Below the pieces are notes generated by a model that was not told where the DNA came from, ran no database searches, and saw only the letters and a program-made list of their open reading frames with translations. This document shows, piece after piece, positions 1 to 7,534 of a DNA stretch of 64,000 nucleotides (positions are counted from its first letter, which is position 1; each line of letters starts with the position of its first letter). The DNA is from a bacterium (GTDB lineage Bacteria; Vulcanimicrobiota; JABDET01). The position numbers were made by a program, and so were the translations under genes. The stretch is from assembly GCA_021800275.1 (NCBI GenBank), contig JAJYZB010000013.1, positions 516-64,515 of the forward strand, in the 5' to 3' direction.

Positions 1-154
1 GAATCCCAATTTTATTATATATTTTGTTTATCACGCACTTTTCAGATTAGTAAATAGGCAGAGAACCTAGCTTCATAATATAGAATTATATCACATGACC
101 ATTAGTCCATCTAGCATCAATATGTAGATTTTTAGGTGAATTGTTAACAAAATG

Positions 155-1405
155 TTAATTAGACTTTTTAGAGTTTTTAGTTTTGGAAACAAGGCGCAGG
201 GCGATAGATTGAGGAAGACTCGCGTATTGGGCAGTGATTTGCGGTGGGAGATTTTTCTCGGCTTCAGGAGATACCTCCGGTTCAACCAGATCTGTTACAA
301 TGAAACCACATTTTTGGAATTCGGCGAAATAATCTCCTAATGTGCGGTGAAAAAAGAGCAGTTTATGCTCATAACTAGTGGGTAGAAACCAGAAAGGTTC
401 TCGACTGAAATAGTATCCTATGATCATGGATCCCCATTCCTCTTTTCTGGGGGCATCTACAGGGACCTGATGCCATCTTGTTCCAGAACCAGAAAAACAG
501 GGATGAGTAAACACAGTTACAATTCTGCCATCTGGCGCTAAAATACGCGCAAACTCTTGTAAGGCTCCTCTTATATCCTGGCAGTACATAAATACATTGT
601 TGCATACAATGGCATCCATGCTTTTGTCTTTTAAGAAGGGCATCCTGCTGATGGAGTCATGGATATATTGGATGCCTGCTGGCTCTGCTTTTTCTCGAAA
701 CTCTGCTTGCTCAAAAAGCTGCTTGGAATTCTCTACCCCGAATACTTTAGCTCCTTTTTGGGCTAACATTCGGGAGAGATATCCTTGTCCACAGCCTGCA
801 TCCAAAATAGTCTGCCCCCTCACTTCTCCAAGAAGGCGAAATAAAATCGGGTCAGTAAAATATCTTCTGGCAAAATCTCCTTGGTCTCCACAGATTTCTC
901 CCCATGTTTTTGCATTTTCATTCCAAATTTTTTCAACTATTTTGTCAGAAACTTTATTTTTTTCTACCAAGAAATTTTTTGGGAATGGCTGCTGCAGATA
1001 AGTTTCTTTTGATAAAAAGGAGGAGGGGATTTCTGTTTTATCGCTGTACTCCGCATAATCAATCCCTGGATGCCACAGGCCGCAGTAAGGGCATTGATAG
1101 TCCCAATAATATTTCCACCCCCAAAACTCGCAATTTTTTCGAACGGTGGATAAAGCGCATTTTTTGCAGAAGGGAACTTTTTCTTTAGGGCAAAAAGCTA
1201 AATCTTGAAAATGAAAGGGCTTGCCGCAGTGATCACATAAAAATCTCCAGTGGCGGGAACAGCGTGGAGCTTCACTCCCTAGATCAAAATCAGCAGGCAG
1301 ATCCAGATAATTCGGATTGTGATTTTTAATGAGAGAGCAGTACCAACATTTCAAGCAGGAATAAAAGTTCTGTGAAGAGAAGAACGATTCCTCTGTTATG
1401 CTCAA
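155..1405 (-). CDS. Cys/His-rich (Zn-finger-like) N-terminal domain fused to class I SAM-dependent methyltransferase
   Basis: SAM motif ILDAGCGQG and downstream LQEFARILAPDGR. N-terminal ~110 aa has 12 Cys (CWYC, CSRH, CDHC, CKKC, CPYC..H). The true start may be the TTG at 1354 (MKCWYC). Confidence 0.8.
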   Translation of the reverse strand: MSITEESFFSSQNFYSCLKCWYCSLIKNHNPNYLDLPADFDLGSEAPRCSRHWRFLCDHCGKPFHFQDLAFCPKEKVPFCKKCALSTVRKNCEFWGWKYYWDYQCPYCGLWHPGIDYAEYSDKTEIPSSFLSKETYLQQPFPKNFLVEKNKVSDKIVEKIWNENAKTWGEICGDQGDFARRYFTDPILFRLLGEVRGQTILDAGCGQGYLSRMLAQKGAKVFGVENSKQLFEQAEFREKAEPAGIQYIHDSISRMPFLKDKSMDAIVCNNVFMYCQDIRGALQEFARILAPDGRIVTVFTHPCFSGSGTRWHQVPVDAPRKEEWGSMIIGYYFSREPFWFLPTSYEHKLLFFHRTLGDYFAEFQKCGFIVTDLVEPEVSPEAEKNLPPQITAQYASLPQSIALRLVSKTKNSKKSN

Positions 1406-4253
1406 AGACTCACCTGATCAGAATATTGAAGCTCTGCGTGAAGAACTCCGTCTTCTCCTGAAAGAAAAAGCCATACTTTATGCTGATAATGAGCAGCCGA
1501 TCCGGCTTCGTGACGGGAAATTATCTGCCTGGATGTTTTACAGTTGGACTGTCTCTTTGACCTCCAGGGGAATTCAATTAGCAGCTCTTTGTTTATTGGA
1601 CAAATTGAGAGGATTTCGAGCTCCACAAATTGCGACGTTTGGCTATACAGGGATGCCTCTTCTCAGCGCCATCGTTCTTTTAGGAGAGGGAAGATATACA
1701 GGCATTTCGATTAGGGATGAGAGAAAAATCTATGGTTCCTGCAGACAAATTGAAGGTCCAGTGGACAAAAGAAAATCAGTTGTTTTAGTTGATGATTCTC
1801 TCAGCTCAGGCACTTCCATGATTAAGGGAGTTAAAGCTCTTGAAGAGGAAGGATTTGAGGTTGAGGGAGGAATATGCCTGGTTCATTTTCCCTGGAGAGG
1901 AGGAATGGAAAGAATGCAGGGGCTGGGATACCGAGTTGAGACCCTGTTTGATATATGGAAAGATCTGGAGATGCCTATTCCTGTTTATATTCCTGGATAC
2001 AAAAGAGCAGTCTCAGAAAAAGAAAAATGGTTAGATTTAAGGGTTGAGGATGGACTCCATCCCGCTCATGCAGCCCGCAGAGCCGCTGAAATTTATCTTT
2101 CTCAAAAAATGATCCCTCATCCTCCTCACAGGCTTGACCAGGAATATGATGCCAGAGGCGGCACTTTTATCAGCTTTCGTTATCGTGAAACGGATCACAG
2201 ATTGGTTAGAGATGGGTTCTGGCATTTCAATCCCGCAGATGCAGATCCTTGTAGAGATGTTATTTTAGCCACCATTAAAACAATTCATGTTTCCCGCGGA
2301 ACTCTTACTCTGGAAGAGCTTAAGAAATTGAAGATAGGCGTTACTTTTTTCAGCCCCCTGGAAAAGATTAGTCCCGGAAAATTAGATTTTTCTAGATACG
2401 GGATCGTGGCCCGCAGTCAGGCTTATGAAACTAAATTAGGGGGGGCTCTCCCTAATACAGAGGTTTATACCAATGAAGTGGAACAGTACCGTCATGCTCG
2501 AGTCAATAATGCGAAAATTTCCCCTTTCGAACCTCATGATCTTTTCCGACACGATCTGACCAAATGTGTAGAACCAGGGGAATACTGGCTGCCTTATGGA
2601 TTCCCGGAGAACAAATTGAATCAGTGGCCTCAAGATCAGACCATAGGTCAAATTCTCACCAGGCGCGCTCAGGAATATTTGTATTCTGCAGCAGGAAAAC
2701 CTCTGGCAGGGGAACCGATTCCTGAAAATCTTATTTCAGACCCTGTTTTTGCGGTTTCAGTGACCCTATTTCATAAAGGGATTATAGGCTGCGGGGTTAC
2801 CTGGGGGGATACCCTTGATGCTTGTATTGGCAAAGCGGCAAAGTATGCGTATCAAGATAAAAGATTTGCTCAGAAAAGAAAAGGGATCGCAGTGGAAGAG
2901 ATCAGTTTGTCAGTCTCGATTCTCCATGATAGAGAATGGTTAGGCGAGGTTTCAGAACAGAAAGCCGCGCGAAAAATGAGGAGAGGGTTGGATTCTCTTT
3001 CAGTTCAAAAAGGAAATTTAAAAGGTTTTTTTCTGCCGTATGTTCCTGTTTATTATAACTGGACAAAAGAACAGGTGGTCAAACAATTGATGAAAAAAGC
3101 GGGGATTGCTCAAGGGCCCTGTGTTTGGTCAACCTATAAAACAGAAAGCTGGCTGAGAAGAGGGAATCGAGTTTGGAAACTGTTGAATGGCTTCCCTGAT
3201 CGCTCTGGAGAAGGTTTCACCAGAGAAAATCTTCGAGAGCAAATTTTTCTATTAGGGAATTACATCAATCTCCACTCAATGGCAAGCGGATTTCCGACTT
3301 ATCTCAATTTGCCTGTTCAGGGTTTCATCAAAAAAAAGGGAACATCCGCGAGAATTCTTCATGCTTTAGAGGTCTTAGAGATCGCGGGCAGGATGATGCA
3401 GGAACCTTCCTGGCGGAAAACCGCTGTAAATGGGCTTTTATCTTGTCTTCAGTATCTTAAAGTTGAAAAGGGGGAAGCCAGATTATCTCTCCCTGGCCAG
3501 CCTGCTGCTCCTATGGCTGACTGCGTCCTTTTGACTGCTCTAGCAAATTCGGAAGATTCTCAACTGCATCAGGGTTATTTTCAAAATTTAGTAGTCAGGA
3601 TTAAAAACTTTTTTCAAGATGATGGAAGAATTTCTTATGCTCCAAAAGCAAGAGGATTTGAAACCGACCATGATTTTTTTACAGGATCAGCAATTTTGGC
3701 TCTGGCATCCTCAGTCAAAGCGACAGGAGAAATTGGCGACCTGAAAGGATTGAAAACTCAATTTGATTGGTTTAAACGCCGATTTCGAGCTCTTCATCCT
3801 TGGGGGATGGTGGGATGGCATCCTCAGGGATGGGGTGCGGTTTATTCGATTCTTAAAGAACCACAGTATGCCGATTTTGTTTTTGAAATAGCAGATTGGG
3901 CATTGGACTGGCAGCAGGAAAAAAGCGGTGCTTTTTTAATTGAGCTGCATCCTTATGGACCAAGTTTTCATACTCTTTTTATCGCAGAGGGAATAGCAGC
4001 TGCCTGGAGAGTGGCGCAGTTGGTTGGGGACAGATCCAGGCAGTCTAAATATGAAGCTTCATGTCAAAGCGCCATGCGTTTTTTAAGCCAGTTGATGATC
4101 TATCCGCAGGATACCTTCTGCATGCCTCAGCCGCATCTGGCAGTTGGTGGGGTAAGAGGGTGTCTTTCAACCTCTGAGGTTAGAATTGATTATGTGAGTC
4201 ATTCTCTTCTAGCGGCTGTTAAGTGTTTTGAGTTAACGTCTGGGTTGCTCTGA
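1398..4253 (+). CDS. Multidomain protein: orotate-PRTase-like domain + two AMMECR1-like domains + C-terminal alpha/alpha-toroid-like domain
   Basis: PRPP-binding loop VVLVDDSLSSGTSM and PyrE-like RDERKIYG. AMMECR1-like segments GGTFISF..LEELKKLKIGVTFF..YGIV..GGALPN and VSVTL..IGC..ISLSVSIL..RGLDSL..GFFLPYVP..W..EQ..QLMKKAG. Helical Trp-rich C-terminus ending GGVRG..EVRIDYVSH. Confidence 0.75.
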   Translation: MLKDSPDQNIEALREELRLLLKEKAILYADNEQPIRLRDGKLSAWMFYSWTVSLTSRGIQLAALCLLDKLRGFRAPQIATFGYTGMPLLSAIVLLGEGRYTGISIRDERKIYGSCRQIEGPVDKRKSVVLVDDSLSSGTSMIKGVKALEEEGFEVEGGICLVHFPWRGGMERMQGLGYRVETLFDIWKDLEMPIPVYIPGYKRAVSEKEKWLDLRVEDGLHPAHAARRAAEIYLSQKMIPHPPHRLDQEYDARGGTFISFRYRETDHRLVRDGFWHFNPADADPCRDVILATIKTIHVSRGTLTLEELKKLKIGVTFFSPLEKISPGKLDFSRYGIVARSQAYETKLGGALPNTEVYTNEVEQYRHARVNNAKISPFEPHDLFRHDLTKCVEPGEYWLPYGFPENKLNQWPQDQTIGQILTRRAQEYLYSAAGKPLAGEPIPENLISDPVFAVSVTLFHKGIIGCGVTWGDTLDACIGKAAKYAYQDKRFAQKRKGIAVEEISLSVSILHDREWLGEVSEQKAARKMRRGLDSLSVQKGNLKGFFLPYVPVYYNWTKEQVVKQLMKKAGIAQGPCVWSTYKTESWLRRGNRVWKLLNGFPDRSGEGFTRENLREQIFLLGNYINLHSMASGFPTYLNLPVQGFIKKKGTSARILHALEVLEIAGRMMQEPSWRKTAVNGLLSCLQYLKVEKGEARLSLPGQPAAPMADCVLLTALANSEDSQLHQGYFQNLVVRIKNFFQDDGRISYAPKARGFETDHDFFTGSAILALASSVKATGEIGDLKGLKTQFDWFKRRFRALHPWGMVGWHPQGWGAVYSILKEPQYADFVFEIADWALDWQQEKSGAFLIELHPYGPSFHTLFIAEGIAAAWRVAQLVGDRSRQSKYEASCQSAMRFLSQLMIYPQDTFCMPQPHLAVGGVRGCLSTSEVRIDYVSHSLLAAVKCFELTSGLL

Positions 4254-5015
4254 CTTATTTGTGCAAATTGGAGAACAGATCAGAACTGGATTTATGTTTG
4301 CTTTCAACTCCTTGATCTGGGGGCAGATTTTTTCTTTTTGGATCTCGCCAATGCGCTGCACAGGCATGATGCCTATTAAACTATTGGTTGCGAAAAATCC
4401 ATCGGCTGCCAGCGCTTCCTCAAGTGTTATCTCTCTTTCTTCCACAGGTATTCCCAATTGACTTGAATATTGAATTACTTTTGATCTTGCGATTCCTGGA
4501 AGGATCTTTCCATTTGCTGGAGGAGTGATGAGTTTTCTATGCGCAAAGATGAAAAAATTAGCTCTTGTGGTTTCTAGAATCTTCCCATCACGGGACACCA
4601 TTAAGGCATCATGAAAATTATTTTGAACAGCTTTTTCCCACAATTCTTCATAATGCTTACGGTTCGTGGTTTTGTAAGCTGCCAGGGGTGCAGGCTCAAC
4701 CACTGAAAGGGTCAGCTTCCATTCTCGCGGAAGTGATTTCGCTTCAAGAATTTGAATGAAAAATTCAGAATCAGGACAATAAGTTAGCCTGATTTTTTTC
4801 CTTCCTAATCCAGAAATTCCATTTTGGATGACTTTTATTATCTCGGAAGGATTAACGTCAATAGGGTAATTTAATTCTCTGCAGGAATTTTTTAGTCTGG
4901 TCCAGTGTTCTTCAAACAGAGCTGGAACTCCATTCACTGCAGAGAATGTTTCAAAAATTCCTTTCCCGTCAGGAAAGTCATCAGATGGCGGTAGATGTAT
5001 TTTTAAAGAGTTCAA
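4233..5015 (-). CDS. pabC: Aminotransferase class IV / 4-amino-4-deoxychorismate lyase
   Basis: GKGIFETF, EEHWTRL, YKTTNR (PLP Lys), ETTRANFF, ILPGIAR motifs; follows pabB. Start moved to the TTG at 5015 (ORF track extends to 5090). Confidence 0.8.
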   Translation of the reverse strand: MNSLKIHLPPSDDFPDGKGIFETFSAVNGVPALFEEHWTRLKNSCRELNYPIDVNPSEIIKVIQNGISGLGRKKIRLTYCPDSEFFIQILEAKSLPREWKLTLSVVEPAPLAAYKTTNRKHYEELWEKAVQNNFHDALMVSRDGKILETTRANFFIFAHRKLITPPANGKILPGIARSKVIQYSSQLGIPVEEREITLEEALAADGFFATNSLIGIMPVQRIGEIQKEKICPQIKELKANINPVLICSPICTNKSEQPRR

Positions 5016-6411
5016 AGAACGCTTTTCCTTTATCCAGAATTTCTTGATATTCCCCTTCAGCAGTAGAATCTGCCACAATGCCTCCTCCAACCGAAACGTG
5101 AGCCACTCTATCTTGAATGACTGCGGTGCGAATCGGCAGATTGAACATGAAATCTCCTGAAAACCCGATCCAGCCTAATGCGCCTGTATAAACCCCTCGA
5201 ACAACAGGTTCAATTTCAGCAATAATGCTCATGGCTTTCTTTTTAGGGGCACCGGTGATGGAACCTCCTGGGAAAACTCCTCGTAGAATTTCTCTTAATC
5301 CTGTTTTTGGATTTAATTTTCCTGAAACAGTTGAAACCAGATGGAATACGCTGCCACAAGTTTCAACCCGTGTTAAATCTTTGACTTGGATACTTCCTGT
5401 TTCACATACTCTTCCCAGATCATTTCTTTCCAGATCCACAATCATGAGGTGTTCAGCGCGATCTTTTTCAGATTGAAGCAGCTCATTCATGACAGTCGCT
5501 TCTTCTTCAGAATGAATTGGTTTTAGCTTTGTTCCTTTAATTGGGCAGGTTTCAATGAGTTTTCCCTTTTTTTTCAGAAAAAGTTCAGGGGATGCGCTTA
5601 AAATGAAATTTCTCCCTGTATTTAAACAGGCAGATAAAGCAGTTGGATGGGATGTCCTTAAGGTTGAATAAGCGTTCCATGGGTCTCCATTGAAAGGAAA
5701 AGAAAATCTTTGGGATAAATTCGCCTGGTAGATGTTTCCGCGCTTAATATGATCCATGATTTTATTAAAAGCCTGCGCGTATTCCCCCTGTGTAAAAGAA
5801 GTTGTGAAATAAGAATGTTCAACGTGTTTGCTCTTTTTGAATAATTGATTTTCCGACTCAACCTGTTGTTTAATTTTTGAGCGATTCTCTGGAAGTTTTC
5901 CTTTAGTCAGATGAGGAAGATCGAGAAAAGCGTGGTTGTTCTCAGGGATAGAGAATTTCAGGGAAAGTTTGGATTGGTGATCATAGATTGAGATTTTGTC
6001 GTGGAAAGCAAACCAGACGTCAGAAATCAATAGATCGTCCTCAGGCAGACAGGACAGGTTTTGCAAAGGGTATCCTAACTCATAACTCAAGAAGCCAAAT
6101 GCTCCCGGGGTAAAAAATTGATTTTCATCTAAAAATTCAGAATACCTGGTGCTGCACTGCAGAAGCAGATTTTCTAACACTTCCAGGGGTTCTCCTTGAA
6201 AAAAAGCAGCACCCTCCGGCTGGATAATTTTAATCAGGCTTCCTTTTGCTTCAAAAATTAAAAATGGGTCATGAGCAAGTACACTGTACTGCCCGTAGGT
6301 CCCGCTGAAGAAATTAGAGTCTAAAAAAGCAAAACCTGGATTTTGGGCTTGAGAGGAGCCGGAAATAATCCAATCTTCAGCGGACTGTTTTTTCCAGGAT
6401 TTTGCAGGCAT
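4981..6411 (-). CDS. pabB: Aminodeoxychorismate synthase component I (chorismate-binding, TrpE/PabB family)
   Basis: YQANLSQRF, SPELFL, PIKGT, KDRAEHLMIVDLERNDLGRV, FPGGSITGAPK; adjacent to pabC. Confidence 0.9.
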   Translation of the reverse strand: MPAKSWKKQSAEDWIISGSSQAQNPGFAFLDSNFFSGTYGQYSVLAHDPFLIFEAKGSLIKIIQPEGAAFFQGEPLEVLENLLLQCSTRYSEFLDENQFFTPGAFGFLSYELGYPLQNLSCLPEDDLLISDVWFAFHDKISIYDHQSKLSLKFSIPENNHAFLDLPHLTKGKLPENRSKIKQQVESENQLFKKSKHVEHSYFTTSFTQGEYAQAFNKIMDHIKRGNIYQANLSQRFSFPFNGDPWNAYSTLRTSHPTALSACLNTGRNFILSASPELFLKKKGKLIETCPIKGTKLKPIHSEEEATVMNELLQSEKDRAEHLMIVDLERNDLGRVCETGSIQVKDLTRVETCGSVFHLVSTVSGKLNPKTGLREILRGVFPGGSITGAPKKKAMSIIAEIEPVVRGVYTGALGWIGFSGDFMFNLPIRTAVIQDRVAHVSVGGGIVADSTAEGEYQEILDKGKAFFELFKNTSTAI

Positions 6412-7447
6412 CGATCATGGTTTTTGAATTTGTCGGTTGGCACCAGGTAAAAGCGTGCATTCCAGGTCTAAAAGTGTGGCAGCGTTCACAGTATGGGACT
6501 TCAGAAGAATTTTTGTAAGGATAATCCTGTCCTTTAACTCTTCCTAACAGGAAGTCCATAATCGTAGCTTGACTAGCCCATACCACATGGTGGGGATTGG
6601 TGTCTTCGATAGCATAAATGGCGTGCGCAGAAAAGTTTCTTCCTGGATGAAGCGGATCAGCAATACCCCATCCCCCTGTTTGTTTTTCCTGTGCCAGCCA
6701 TGATTGGCCCAGCACTCTTCCCTTTGGTGCTGTGATCATGCTTGGCGGAAAGGCAACGAAAAATTCCAGCAGATTTCCCATGGTTGCAAAGTCAACATGC
6801 AGAATTTTCGCATTGGAATGGAGTTTTCCTAGTAAAAACGCGGGCTTCTTTAAAAGAGAAATCGCCTGCCTGCGGGAGGTAATAGGTTTTTGTAAAGGAA
6901 TCATGGCTGCCTGAAGTTGAGTATTTATTTTTTTTATCATTTGAAATCTGGGATTCCACAAGACTTTAAATTTTCCAGCAAAAACTGCATAAATTCCTTT
7001 CTCATGCATTCTCTCTTTTAATAAATTCGTGCTGGATTTGAGGTGGTTTAGGTCGTCACTCAAGCTCTCCACACCTTCATTGATTTGGTTGAGTTCATAT
7101 TGAAACGCCTTCCTTGTAAAAGTATTCCCTTTTCTAGTCAGCACAAGGATTTTGGATGCCAGAATTCGAGTTCTATTTTGAAAGTCCTTGTGATAAGCAG
7201 CAGCCGCCTCAGAAGCTTCAAAAACAGGCTTTAGAACGTTTTGTGCTGTGGGTCTTTTTGATTTTTGAGAGTATTTTGTTCCGAAAAAGTTTGCCATTTG
7301 TTGGGCTGGTAAAAGAGGAGTTAACTGTTCCGCATCAATGATTTTAAACACGAGAAAAGCCGCTGCAGTCAGAAGAGCCGCGATAAATAATGTTCTTTTA
7401 AAACAATTTTTAATCATTATGATCCACATCATATTAAAAAAATTCAA
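6377..7447 (-). CDS. Hypothetical exported/membrane-anchored protein with coiled-coil region and a single CxxCH motif
   Basis: N-terminal hydrophobic segment LFIAALLTAAAFLVFKII, helical middle region, YCERCHTF near the C-terminus. Start uncertain (several Met in the first 11 codons). Confidence 0.6.
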   Translation of the reverse strand: MNFFNMMWIIMIKNCFKRTLFIAALLTAAAFLVFKIIDAEQLTPLLPAQQMANFFGTKYSQKSKRPTAQNVLKPVFEASEAAAAYHKDFQNRTRILASKILVLTRKGNTFTRKAFQYELNQINEGVESLSDDLNHLKSSTNLLKERMHEKGIYAVFAGKFKVLWNPRFQMIKKINTQLQAAMIPLQKPITSRRQAISLLKKPAFLLGKLHSNAKILHVDFATMGNLLEFFVAFPPSMITAPKGRVLGQSWLAQEKQTGGWGIADPLHPGRNFSAHAIYAIEDTNPHHVVWASQATIMDFLLGRVKGQDYPYKNSSEVPYCERCHTFRPGMHAFTWCQPTNSKTMIDACKILEKTVR

Positions 7448-7534
7448 AAAAAAGCTTTAGAATCCTCCCACTGAAACTTAAAAAAACACAGGATTACCCT
7501 TAAGATCGTGGAAATTAAATCAAGGGAGAATAGG

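Noticed and set aside
4981-6411. pabB without an adjacent pabA
   Set aside because: The amidotransferase is commonly shared with trpG elsewhere in the genome; not unusual.
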